From: Stegostoma tigrinum
Lineage: Eukaryota
Direction: 5' to 3'
DNA: 64,000 nucleotides
Assembly: GCF_030684315.1 (NCBI RefSeq)
Contig: NC_081387.1
Location: forward strand, 9,506,822-9,570,821
Below are positions 36,529 through 49,614 of this stretch, one piece after another; positions within the stretch are counted from its first letter, which is position 1, and each line of letters starts with the position of its first letter. The notes under the pieces were generated by a model, which was given only the letters and a program-made list of their open reading frames with translations, did no database searches and had not been told where the DNA came from. Made by a program: the position numbers and the translations under genes.

Positions 36529-38364
36529 ATCAGATGTCTTACTCACAGATTGTTGTCTACATTGGATCGTTCTCGGGATCGTTGTGTTCATAACTCCCAG
36601 CATTGTGGCTCTCAGAATCTGCACCAAGAATTGTACAAACTGGTATGGAAAATAGTCGCTCCAAAGGGGATGTCAGGATTTGGGTAGGAGCCAGGGACCT
36701 AGCCCAAAATGAGGGGAACAGCTGGGTACATTTGTGGAGTGACTCTAAGTGAGGGTGAAACTCAATGCTTTTGGGGAAGGATCTGAGTTTGTGGAAGAAT
36801 ACTGAAGAAAGGGTATTCATCTCGGTCAGGTGCTGAGTGTCAGGGTATGGGTGTCGGGCGCCAGGTTAGCTAGGGAACACACAGAACGAGTCGAATTGTG
36901 TACCGAGGCTTCATGGTGGACCTACAGATTACCAGATTTGGGAAAGGCTCAGACTTGGGGGCTGGGGGGGGGGGGTGCGTTAGCAATGGGTTGAGAGGTT
37001 CAGGTCCGGCTAAGGATGCGGATTTTGAGGTTCATCAGGAACATCTCAGTGGAGTGCTTTTTCCGCTTTTTACTCGCACTTCCAGCCTCCATTCTTCTTG
37101 ATTCAGTCAGTCTCTCGTCACTCATTGAACTTTTTTTTCCTTTCACAGTGAAAGGGAACAGCAGCAACAATCCCGCAAACCGTAAGCTGATCATCAATTG
37201 AAGACATATGTTTCAACATGTGAATCATTGTTCATTCTGTAAAGGGGCTTGTGTGATTGCGTTTTTACGTCTGTGCGTGTCTCTCTTTTCTGTCTTGTTA
37301 TGTCCATCCGTCTCTGCAACAGCATTTTTCTTTCGTCTCCTTTCTCCATTTCTCTCTCACTTCCTCTGTCTGACTTTGTGCTTCATGTTCTGCCTCTGTC
37401 TCTGTCTGATCAAGCACAGTCTTTTGATGCATCTCTTTCCGATATCAGCTTCTGACAAAGAGGAATGCTCAGGGTCTGAGTTACGAGTAGTGTTGATTCG
37501 CAATGGATGCAAATCGTTCTGATGGGTGTGGTGTAATTTTCTTTATTGTACAATCTGGCAGAGTTAATATGTGCTCATTGTAGGATGCTCCTTGCGTAGA
37601 ACTTTGAAATCAGCTCATGAAATTCCACACCCAATTTTAAAACTGGCAGTCAGGAGATGGTTATTCCTCGCCTGAGAATTGCCTTGCTTCATCGGGTTGT
37701 TTGTGAGATGTTCATCCCTGCTGTTGCCGAAATCTTCGCAAAAGTTAGAGTTTTTTTTAAAAAATGATTTGAAAGATGCAATTTTCAGACACAGATTAAC
37801 GAGGGGGGCGGGAAGGGGGGAGAAACGAAGCAGGTTTCTGTAGTTAATAAGAAATTGCTATTTGTGACAGGTCATTATATTCTAACTACAGGCAGTCAGT
37901 TGGACTGAATTGAGTACACCCTACAAATTTAACCTGTAAACCCCGATAAAGATTCCCTATACACACAGACAGATATACAAACATAAACGGGGGTTGGGCC
38001 TGGGCGGTGGGAGGAAGACGCCCATGGAAGTAATGAAAACCGGAAAAAAACAGCTCTTTTTCCCAAGACCTGTTAGGGTGTTTTTTTTTGCCGAGCTTTG
38101 ATCCAATGATTCTTGTCCAGCTTCCTTTCTCAGAGTGCTTCCACCGGGTGGAAGAGGGACAAAGTGGTGTTTTCACTTATCCAATCAAAGTTACAACTTG
38201 TAACATCTGCTGGAAGAAACATGAACTTTTTTCAGCTTTAATTTGGCTTACTACAGGGAGCAGAGAGAGAGAGAGAGAGTTCTTGGCTGCTAAATTGCTG
38301 CTCTGGTCTGACTAGTTTCTCTGTCTTATTTACAGCCCAAGATATTCACCCACCTAATAACTAG
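36529..38364 (+). pseudogene. MHC class I-like TM exon (36529-36642), 33-nt cytoplasmic exon (37149-37181), next cytoplasmic exon (37449-~37472) and possible last exon (38336-38364)
   Basis: AG/GT-bounded TM exon QIVVYIG/IVLGIVVFITPSIVALRIC (frameshifted); ttttcctttcacag|..KGNSSNNPAN|gtaagc; ccgatatcag|..SDKEECS. Exon order and phase fit class I gene architecture. The last exon is weakly supported. Confidence 0.7.
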
Positions 38365-39639
38365 TCGCACATTTGTTGGCAGGCAGAGGATAGTTGGCAT
38401 TGAAAAATGGCCACCCATCCATACCAGTCCGCTTGACCTGTAAACTTTGTCTGCACTCCTGTTTAAACATATGGCAGGCACACGCACTTTATCAGAGCCA
38501 AAATGCCTCCCTGAAACTTTAGACGAGCAGGACCCTGTTAGGGCAAATGCCCTTTATCTGCAAATACAATGTGAAATGTTATTGATCGTCCTGCAGTCAT
38601 GGAAAGATTCGTACTCTGAAAAGCGAGCTCCCTGAGTCATGACCTTTATTATTCTCCCTGTCAACCTCTTCACCCTCTCCCCCACTGGTTCTGTTCATGT
38701 AAGGCTGGGATTGAAATCAAGTTCTCCAATCAGGTTTCAGATCACCCATCGTCATATCTCCTTAAGTGCCTTGTCAATGTTTTAAATTTATAAACGATGT
38801 CGTGCACCTTGGAATGTTCCAAATGTATTAGGTAACTGGAAATTAAAACGTTAAGAAATAGGAAGTTGAGCAATCCATTTTGCTACTTGGACCCGAATTA
38901 TATTGGTTGTTGTGATTATTTTCTCAGGTAGACTTTATTTTCCTATTCTGTTCCCATGTTTATCGTTCTCCTGAGTACATCCCTGGAAGTCGTGAAACGG
39001 GAAGGGTCGTGAGAATTAATTTCTTAAGGAGAATGGCAATGTGGCCAGATTTAAAGGAGAGAGAGGGGAAAAAAGATAGAAAACGAGGAGAGAGGGAGAA
39101 GCATGAACCAGAAAAAAAATTGTTATGGGTACGTGGAGCGCCTAAGGCATATTCATCTTAGCAGTCACCATTCTGAGGGACTGGACTTGTTATGTGTTGT
39201 TTAGAACATCTTGGCTATGCCATTCATCATCAATCTACTATCTCCGATGGCGGACGTAAAGACGCCACTCACGCTAAAACCGTTCACCTCCTTTAAATTG
39301 TGAACTGCATTAGGGTTGAAAGGTGGACCAACTTGGAATATAATGACCAAAAGAAAAATAATTGTTAAAATAAAATTTCGTCATCGTTTACATGTTTTTT
39401 TTTTGCTCTAGTCAGTACTTTAATTTCTGGGCAGGTGTGAATAGCCAAGAATCGAACCATTGGAATTGGGGGAGAGATTGTGTGGCTGCTGCTCCCCTTT
39501 GTAACATCTTGCGGGTGTGATTATCCTCCTCCAACTATACTACCTATCTTCCATCTCTCCATTCCTGCAGAAATTTCTGGACATTAAGCAATTTATGGTG
39601 CCGCTCTGCTGCTGGAGATCTGGAGGTAATTATAAAATC

Positions 39640-40464
39640 AACGAAGTGGAAACGCTGGTAATATCTCTTCCCGTTGACTTGCTTTGAAAAATTGGAGAGT
39701 CATTCCATGTAAAATGTATTTGAACAGCAGTGTAACTATATCGCGACAACTGCGCCTCATCCGGAAATGTGTGGAGAATCATTGAAATATTCAGGCTTAA
39801 TTCCTGTCGTGATATGACATAAAATCCGAAAGCAACAGGAACGTGAAGCTGCCGGATGTAGTGGAGACTACATTTACAGACATCCTTCTGCTCTCCATCT
39901 TTGTTCTGACGCCTGAGTCCCTTATGGACTGAAAAGGTCCCAAAAAAATGTGAATGATAGAGCTGGCAGCAACTGAATTAAAGCATGGGAAATAGTGATA
40001 TTGAAATCTTATTAAAGCAATGAAAAGCCAACCATGCAGAATTTATATAATAAATGTGACTTGAAATTACAGAACAAGTGAATAGTATAAAATAATTTCT
40101 CTGCATTCAGTTGTAATTTAAACGATCTTTCAAACTAAGCAGAATGCTTTATCACTTGAACGCACAGTTTCAGTGGGCTTGCTGAAAAGTTTTACTTTCA
40201 GCTTGTTGGAATGAATTGCTATGAAATGATGAAATGAGAAATGATAGAGAACCAGTAAGATGTTATAAGGCTGCATATTGTAGTCCAAAGGGATCACTAG
40301 GCCCTGGTACGATGTTCATTTAAGATACTGGGAAGTACTGAGGACAGCTCTGATTCAGTAAAACCGCAGAACACGTGGACAGTATATATGCTGTTACCAT
40401 ATGGTGAAGAACATCTAGTGCCCATTGAAACGTGTTTTTGCAAAACATAAGAATTGAATGCATC
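39640..40464 (-). pseudogene. GPR139-like exon 2 remnant (pseudogene D)
   Basis: Minus-strand pieces SFHHFIAIHSNKLKVK, LFCNFKS..SAWLAFHCFNK, MESRRMSV..TSGSF and TGIKPEYFNDS..LHCCSNTF are collinear with the intact gene; many stops and frameshifts. Confidence 0.82.
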
Positions 40465-41346
40465 TGAGATTAGAGACCACAGGGTTTTTTAAATATAAAG
40501 CTTTTGAAGTACAGTGGGAAATATGACGGTCATCGAGGCAAGCAACTGCCTCGTGAACTTTATCTAGCAGGAAAAGAAAATCATTCTCAGTATACGGATA
40601 TCACAGCACCGAATATCATCAGAGAGATGAATCGGTTAACTGGATAAGAGACACGCTAAAAACGCTCCTAGAATCCGGTTTCTATCAGAAGACAAAGAGA
40701 CAGTTAAAAATGCCAAAGGCCAATAAATATCTACATCTCAGTATGGTAATGTGCTTCACAATCAGCGCTAAAATAGCATATACATAGGCCATGCTACGCT
40801 GTAAATCACTGTCTTGAGTTTATCGCTACAGTTCACTTGCTTACGTAGCGAACTTGTTCTGGCCCTGTTTCATCAAAATTCCCTCCAAATTAAACATTAT
40901 TGCAAATCTATTTTCAAAAACAAGAGCTTTAAAACGGAAAACCTGTCCACAATATTGCAAAGAATGGACCTTGGCACATGAAACAAAATGTATCATTCAG
41001 CTGGATGAATGTATTATCTGGTGAAGCATGATACAGCATAGGCTGATGTTCCTGAGAAGGGAAGGACATATTGAACAAGGTTAACTCAGAGTGAAGATTG
41101 TTAGTCACAAAGTAAGCGTGTTGGGATAAATCCTGAAGCCATTGAATACAGCTGAGTATTGTCAAGCACAAGAAAAATACAATGGTTAATTTTCCAAAAA
41201 GAAAGTTATTTGCAGTTCCAGTCTGCACCATGAAGCTACAGAGACATAATCCTGCAAGGAGCTAGAAACAAGGACTCACTGGTGAGTGCTGTACAAGTGG
41301 CCTTTTATGCTATCATAGAAGAAATGTTTTAGGTACAGTAAAAAAA

Positions 41347-43670
41347 GCAGTGCCCTCCGCTCCCTCCGCTCCAATCCCAACCTCACCAACAAACCCGCAG
41401 ACAAGGGTGGCACAGTGGTAGTATGGTGCACTGACGTCTACATCGCCGAGGCCAAACGCCAACTCTCCGACACCACCTCCTACCGCCCCCTCGTTCATGA
41501 CCCCACACCCGAGCACCAAACCATCATCTTCAACCCCATTCATGACATCATCACCTCAGGGGACCTCCCACCCACAGCCTCCAACCTCATTGTTCCCCAA
41601 CCCCGCACGGCCCGTTTCTATCTCCTTGCCAAAATCCACAAACCTGCCTGCTCTGGTCGACCCATCGTCTCAGCCTGCTCCTGCCCCACCGAACATATCT
41701 CCACCTATCTGGACTCCATTTTCTCCCCTTTGGTCCAGGAACTCCCTACCTACGTTCGTGATACCACCCATGCCCTCCACCTCCTCCAGGACTTCCAATT
41801 CCCTGGCCCCCAACACCTCATTTTCACCATGGATGTCCAGTACCTGTACACCTGTATTCTGCATGCAGATGGCCTCAAGGCCCTCCGCTTCTTCCTGTCC
41901 CGCAGGCCCGACCAGTCCCGCTCCACCGACACCCTCATCCGCCTAGCTGAACTCGTCCTCACACTCAACAACTTCTCTTTCGATTCCTCCCACTTCCTAC
42001 AAACCAAGGGGGTGGCCATGGGCACCGGCATGGGCCCCAGCTATGCTTGCCTCTTTGTAGGTTACGTGGAACAGTCCCTCTTCCGCACCTACACGGGCCC
42101 CAAACCCCACTTCTTCCTCCGTTACATTGATGACTGTATCGGCGCCGCCTCTTGCTCCCCAGAGGAGCTCGAACAGTTCATCCACTTCACCAACACCTTA
42201 CACCCCAACCTTCAGTTCACCTGGGCCATCTCCAGCCCATCCCTCACCTTCCTGGACCCCTCAGTCTCCATCTCAGGCAACCAGCTTGTAACTGATGTCC
42301 ATTTCAAGCCCACCGACTCCCACAGCTACCTAGAATACACCTCCTCCCACCCACCCTCCTGCAAAAATTCCATCTCCTATTCTCAATTCCTCCGCCTCCG
42401 CCGCATCTGCTCCCGTGATGAGGCATTCCATTCCCGCACATCCCAGATGTCCAAGTTCTTCAAGGACTGCAACTTGCCCCCCACAGTGGTCGAGAACGAC
42501 CTTGACCGCGTCTCCCGCATTTCCCGCAACACATCCTTCACACCCCACCCCCGCCACAACCGCCCAAAGAGGATCCCCCTCATTCTCACACACCACCCCA
42601 CCAACCTCCGGATACAACGCATCATCCTCCGATACTTCCGCCATCTACAATCCGACCCCACCACCCAAGACATTTTTCCATCCCCACCCGTGTTTGCTTT
42701 CCGGAGAGACCACTCTCTCTGTGAGTCCCTTGTTCGCTCGACACTGCCCTCCAACCCCACCACACCCGGAACCTTCCCCTGCAACCACAGGAAATGCTAC
42801 ACTTGCCCCCACACCTCCTCCCTCACCCCTATCCCAGGCCCCAAGATGACTTTCCACATTAAGCAGAGGTTCACCTGCACATCTGCCAATGTGGTATACT
42901 GCATCCACTGTACCCGGTGTGGCTTCCTCTACATTAGTGAAACCAAACGGAGGCTTGGGAACCACTTTGCAGAACGCCTCTGCTCAGTTCGCAATAAACA
43001 ACTGCACCTCCCAGTCGCAAACCATTTCCACTCCCCCTCCCATCTTTAGATGACATGTCCATCATGGGCCTCCTGCAGTGCCACAATGATGCCACCCGAA
43101 GGTTGCAGGAACAGCAACTCATATTCTGCTTGGGAACCCTGCAGCCCAATGGTATCAATGTGGACTTCACCAGCTTCAAAATCTCCCCTTCCCCCACCGC
43201 ATCCCCAAACCAGCCCAGTTCGTCCCCTCCCCCCACTGCACCACACAACCAGCCCAGCTCTTCCCCTCCACCCACTGCATCCCAAAACCAGTCCAACCTG
43301 TCTCTGCCTCCCTAACCTGTTCTTCCTCTCACCCATCCCTTCCTCCCACCCCAAGCCGCACCTCCATCTCCTACCTACTAACCTCATCCCACCTCCTTGA
43401 CCTGTCCGTCTTCCCTGGACTGACCTAGCCCCTCCCCACCTCCCCACCTATACTCTCCTCTCCACCTATCTTCTTTTCTCTCCATCTTCGGTCCGCCTCC
43501 CCCTCTCTCCCTATTTATTCCACAACCCTCACCCCATCCCCCTCTCTGATGAAGGGTCTGGGCCTGAAACGTCAGCTTTTGTGCTCCTGAGATGCTGCTT
43601 GGTCTGCTGTGTTCATCCAGCCTCACATTTCGTTATCTTGGATTCTCCAGCATCTGCATTTCCCATTATC
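41347..43670 (+). mobile_element. Penelope-like retroelement, 5'-truncated: RT plus GIY-YIG endonuclease plus terminal region
   Basis: KPADKG, KIHK..GRPIVS, QTKGVAMG, RYIDD (42120-42134), VVY..YIS (GIY-YIG); 1-nt deletion at ~43043; hammerhead-like core at 43546-43573. Confidence 0.95.
43544..43575 (+). ncRNA. Minimal hammerhead-like motif in the Penelope terminus
   Basis: CTGATGA-A-GGGT-CTGG-GCCT-GAAA-CG-TC-AG; stem II contains G-U pairs. Confidence 0.5.
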
Positions 43671-45724
43671 AGTGTTTTTGTTTGTTTGGTTTTTTTTCTA
43701 AAACTGTAAATTGGTATTATGGGATTACTGGGTTTACAGAATGTGGAAAAAAATTTTGTTTTAATGCTATAGTTGCATTTGATGTATTCTATTTTATATT
43801 AATATCTTCTGTTAAGAAACGTTTGCTCCATCATTATGGAAATATCTGGTGCATTGTCTGTTCATGATTGAGTAAGAGACCACATTGTTGAAAGCAAAAA
43901 TCTCAAAACATCAATGAGGGATAATCACAGTAATGGAACTAATTCCATTCAAACCCATTTCCAAACTCAATCGCAAACCTTTCCACAATGACAAATCAAC
44001 TCAGAACATTGCTGGATAAAGTACTAAAGATAGGTCACCTATTGATGACTGGTGTTGTCACGTCTCTGCTACGCATTAATCTTTAAACATTATTGGATAT
44101 AGTATACTCCATTCATTTTCTTTTAAATGAAGTTAGCTTTTGCTAATCAGCTGATATCTGACTGTGTTCCATTTTAGGTAACTCACTTAATATCGCTTGT
44201 CACTTGCCCATCAGAGAAGGATGACCAATAGGTGCATAATTATCTACATGATACTTCCTCAACTAATTTTCTTTTCTCGTGTTTGGAGATGCTAATAAAC
44301 ACCACCGGACTTATTTTTTTAACCAGCACCAAATCACTCACAATGCTGTCTTTCTAAAGCTTTTCCTACACATGTTAAACTCATTTTGAAAATCTTACAA
44401 TCCACCCTGAATTCATTCCTGAATTGTGAAAACTTTTACATTCATGATGCAGCTTGTCAAATTGACAGTGAGTGAAAAGATTGTGAGTGATGTGTGAGTT
44501 TGGCTTAGTGTGATCATTTCAGAAATTTAGGCTTCAATAATTTTATTGACTTGGTTTTTAATTTTCCACCCCTTCCCTATCTTCACTTTGTTAATCTCAG
44601 GCTCTTCAGTTTTGTTCATTAATGTCTCAGCTTCTATTTCTGGAAATAGGACAGCAACTGATATTCATTGCAAACCTCCCAACTCTGTCACCTCAGTTGA
44701 TTACACTTCATGACACGCTGTTTCTTTAAAGCATGCTGTTTTATTCCCCCACGTAGTTTATCCCATCTGTTCAGATGAAGCAAATCTCCAATTCTTGCAC
44801 CTGCTACAATTTCCCTTCTTGAGAAATGAGAAATAGGCCCTTTCATTGTGCCCAATCCTTTCAGGTCTGCTGTCATCAATTCCCCGCATTCCCAGAAAAA
44901 TAATTAGGTTCCATGTGTGTGTGGATCATTCTCTTTCACTGCTGCCATCTCCAGCATTGACTTCTGAAGGATGCCTAACTCAACCTGAAGCTTTAATCCT
45001 AATTTCACAATTGCTGAGTATTCCCAGCATTTTCTCCTTTTCATATGTCTCAAACCATAGCTTCTTCATAATTACACTTCACTATCCCTTCCCCGTTCAC
45101 TTTTCCAACCCACAATCCTTCATCTTATTCCTCTTCCCCATCTGCCAAAATCCCCAATTCCCAATTTCACATCAGAATTTCCCCTCAACAAACTTCTTCC
45201 CCATCTGCCATATCTGTTTGTTCCCCTTCCCTGTGCTCTATTCTTCTTCCTAATATCTCTACCCATTTCATTCCCATCTCACGTTTCTAACACGCCCATT
45301 CCTCCATTCACATTCTTCTTCTTTATTTTGTTGCTCCATTGCTCATTCCTCCTCCTCCCCCTTCCCCTGTCTTCCTTCCTCCTAAAATAGCATTGGATAT
45401 GACTTCTGCAAAGAATTACCCTGCTCCCTTCCTGGTTTCATGAATTAAGTTAGTTGAGATGGGTTCAGAGACTGGGCCTGAAAAATCTTGCAAAGCTATG
45501 TATGGATTTTTTTTTCTATTCTGTCAGAAATAAGAATTCCTGCCCAGATAGGAAGATTTTGGCCGTTTCGTTTACTGGGAATTTTATTTTTCAAGTGTCA
45601 CTGTCTTCATTCTTGAAGATATTGAGCAAGTCCATAATAATAGGTTAACATTCACAGTTGTGTTAAACAGGATTGCAATTGTATCAATTCCCTACAACAT
45701 ATTCATTCTCCTTAAAGCTGTGTA

Positions 45725-48057
45725 AGGGTAGGCAATGTCCAAGTGGTATTATTGAAGAGATTATTAGTCCACAAACTCAGCTAAGGTTCTCGGGACCCGA
45801 TTTTGAATTCTGCGACCACAAGTGATAGAATTTGAATTCAATAAATAAAAGGCTAGAATTGGAATCTACTTATTACCATTAACTTATTGTCCATTATCAA
45901 AAAAATTTTAAAAAACAAACCACTTAGGTCACTAATATCTTAGGAAAGGAAAAATCTGCCTTCCTCACTTGGCCTGACCTACATGTGACTCCAGACCAAC
46001 TGCAATGTGGTTGACTCTCAATTGCCCTCTGAAATAGGCTATCAAGCTATTCAGCTGTACCAAATGCTACAAAGTCTCAAAAAATTGAAACCAGATGGAT
46101 CACCTGACATTTACCTCGGCACCAGAAAAGATAATGTCAGAAACAACCCCGTTGACCCTGCAAAGTCCTGCTCACTAATATCTGGGGGCTGGTGCCAAAA
46201 TTAGGAGAGCTGTCTCGCAGGCTAGTAAACAACACCATGACATATTTCGACTCACAGAATCATATATTACAGACAATGTCACAACCACTATCACAATCAC
46301 TGGATATGCCCTGCCTCGCAGGCAATGCAGATCCAACAGAACTGGTGACACAGTGGTATATGATCAGGGGGGAGTTGCTTTGTGAGTCCTCAATGTTGAC
46401 TCCAGATCAAATGAAATCTCATTGCTTACGGGAAAGGAAACCTCCTGCTGATTACCAAAAACTGTCCTCCCTCAGCTGATGAATCAGTTCTCTTCCATGT
46501 TGAACAACACTTGGCGAAAGCACTCAGGGTGGCAATAAATGATTGGAGACACTGGATATTCCAAACCCTTTGGGCCATGACAACCCTCTGGCAAGAGTAC
46601 TGAAGACTGGTGATTCAAAACCTGCTGCTCCCCTAGACAAGAAGGGCAGTAACAACACTGGTATCTACCTGACAATGCAGAAAATGTGCAAGTATGTCCT
46701 GAATATATAAAGCAGGATAAATCCAAACTGAGTAATTACTGTCCCATCAGTCGACTTGTGATTATCAGTAAAGTGATGGAAGATGTTATCAGTAGTGCTA
46801 TCAGGCAGCACCCTGCTCAGCAATAACTGCTCAGTGGCGCCCAGTTTGGATTCTGCTAGGGTCACTCAGTTCCTGACCACTTTAGAGCCTTGGTTCAAAT
46901 ATGGACTAAAGAGCAAATTTCCAGACATGAAGTGAGAGAGAAGGCATTGATATCAAGGCTGCATTTGACCAGGTTTGGTATCAAGGAACCAGAGCAAAAC
47001 TGGAATCAGAGGGTATCGGGGCAAACTCTCCAATAGCTGGAGCTAACCCTGACACATAGTAAGATGGCCATGGTTGTTGCAGTTCAATCATCTCAGCTCT
47101 AGGACATGTCTGCAGGAGTTCCTCAGGGTAGTCTCTTTGGCCCAACCATCTTCAGCTGTTAATCATAAGGTAAAAGTAAGCATGTTTGTCATTGAATGCA
47201 CACTGTTCAGCACTGTTTGCTACACCTCAGACACTGAAACAGTCCACACTCAAATGCAACGAGGTCTGGACCATATTTTTGCTTGTGCTGAAAGGTGTCA
47301 AGTAACATTCACAAAACACAAATGCGAGGCTGTGATCACGAATAGGAGACAATCTAAATATTCTCCTTGGCATTCATGGTGTTACCATAATTGAATACCC
47401 CACTATCAACATATTGATGATTAACATCAACCAGAAACTCGACTGGATGCACCACATAAACAAAGTGGCTACAAGAACAGCTCAGAAACCAGGAATACTG
47501 TGGTGAGTAACTTGCACCTTGACTCCTCAAAGCCTGCCCACTATTAACAAGGCACAAGTCAGGTATATGCTGGAATATTCCCCACTTGCCTGGATTTGTG
47601 TGGCATCAACAACACTTAAGAAGCTTGATACTGTACAGGACAAAAGTAGATTGCTTGATTGGCAGTATACCCACGAACATCAACTCTATCTACTACCGAC
47701 ACTTAGCCGAAGCAGTGTGTATTATCCTCAAGGTGCACTGCAGAAATTCACCAAAGACCCTCAGGCACCACCTTCAAAACCCATGACTATGTCCATTTAG
47801 TCGGTCAAGGGCTGCAGATATATGAGAACACCACCTTCAAGCTCCCCTTCAAACTGCTCACCATCCTGATGTGGAAAGATGTTGCCATTCCTTCAAGTTG
47901 ATGGGCTATAACTCCTTCCCTAATGGCATTGGGGTCAACCCACAGCAAGTGGACTGCACTAGTTCAAGCTGTTCACCAACACCTTTTCAGGGGCAGCTAG
48001 GATTGGGCAATAAATGCTCGTCATCCAGTGAAGCTCACATCTCACAAATGAATAATA
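45725..48057 (+). mobile_element. Degenerate, internally deleted CR1/L2-group LINE with a tRNA/SINE-like 5' head
   Basis: RT remnants (gatatcaaggctgcatttgacc; gttcctcagggtagt; KAQVRYMLEYSPLAW) and tail gggcaataaatgct...cacatctc. Confidence 0.7.
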
Positions 48058-48884
48058 CCAAAATAAAACCTTCAGATTTCAATAAAGAGTGTTTACTTGC
48101 ACAAGAGACTTGAAGAACAGCTGGTCAGTCTTTCCAACTGTGATCTAAGACTAAAAGGCACCACATTCTCAGAAATTCCGTTTATGCCATCAATATTGCA
48201 TGAACAAACGGAACCATTGCCTTGACAGTGGAAGGTTTATTTGGATCATCAGCATCTGGAATTTAAATGTCAAGTCCAGCATTTTGCTGCATCAATATCT
48301 GTCAGAATCAATGAGGTGAACCAAGGCATCGTTGATAGTTTCATGTATTTCAGCTCTTCATCGTCATCTGCAGAAATCTATCACTGAAAGGACAAATCAA
48401 CATAATCATTTCTTTGGCTGCAGGCTCAGTGACAGAGTGCAAAACAACCTCAATTTCCCGAAAACTTTCCACTGTCGGACTATTAAGCCTTTCCTTCACA
48501 GTGTGAGATCTGAAAAAAATTATCTGCTGAGCAGGAGAAAAGGCTAAACTATTTCTATCTTAGCTGTCTGAGACATATCGTCTACATCTTTTGGCATGAC
48601 AATCGCACTTATTTTGGAATCTGCTATTTCCGTGAAAATATAGTCATTATTAAACCAATGTCATTGCATTGTATTTGTACTTTATGCAGATGATGGGCCT
48701 GTGCTAAACGAAATTTTGTAAAGTTACCTTGCAACTGGGCTGCAATCTGTTTGATGTTCATGCCTCCAATGCATAAGATACGTGTGAATAAGATATAAAA
48801 ATAATTGATGTTGATAGAATCAGAGCCAAATGGCCATCAACACTCGAAGTTGACTACATAGGGAAGCGCTTAGGGGAACATCAA

Positions 48885-49150
48885 AACATGCGCTCTCGGA
48901 ACAGGAGTAGTCCATTCAGTCCCTTGGACATTCTCGGTATTTAATATGGTCATTCTGATCTCATCTTGGCCTCAACTCTACTTTCCTGTCAACTGTCCAC
49001 AGCCCTTCTGCCTGTTAATTATTAAAAATCAGTTATCGGCTCTTTTAGTGTTCATAATGTCTTTGACATCCATTGCACTCTAGCGAATAAATTAGACAGA
49101 TTCACAAGCTTTTGAGAGCAGTAATTTTTCCTCATCTCCATTTTAAAACA
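48885..49150 (-). mobile_element. Old CR1 3' tail fragment
   Basis: ggaacaggagtagtccattcagtccctt...gatctcatcttggcctcaactc is the inverse of the tail at ~57440-57535. Confidence 0.55.
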
Positions 49151-49614
49151 GCTGTCCCTTAACCTGAAAAAAAAGTGCTATTCAGATTGGATAAATTATA
49201 AGGCTGAAATCAACAAGTAGAGTTCCCAGTGTAAACAAACACACCACGTAATCCTATTAATTTTCAGCCCACTTCCTTCATCAATGGCTAGATGCAATAG
49301 AAACTGCCATGCCAGTTTAATAGGATTTGGAGAACATTTAATCTGAGCGTGCAATGTTTGGTTCAAGCGTTATATGTTGTTCACAATACGGAAATGGTCA
49401 AACATGTATTCTGACAATAAAAGTGTTTGATTACAAATGGTTAATGAATCTGCTTGTTTAGTAGCTGTAATTAATGTCAGTCTCCATGCAATTGAACTGT
49501 ACCACTGGAGTATTTGGTCTCTATTAAAAAGGGAAGCTACTCAATAAGTTATAGTTCTCATTGTGCAGGAGTTTTGTATCCAGCACTAAGAAAAGGATGA
49601 GCAGTTTTATAGAT

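Noticed and set aside
28558-43447. Long antisense and alternate-frame ORFs (e.g. 28558-29328, 42383-42784, 43046-43447)
   Set aside because: Shadow ORFs of CR1 and Penelope coding sequence.
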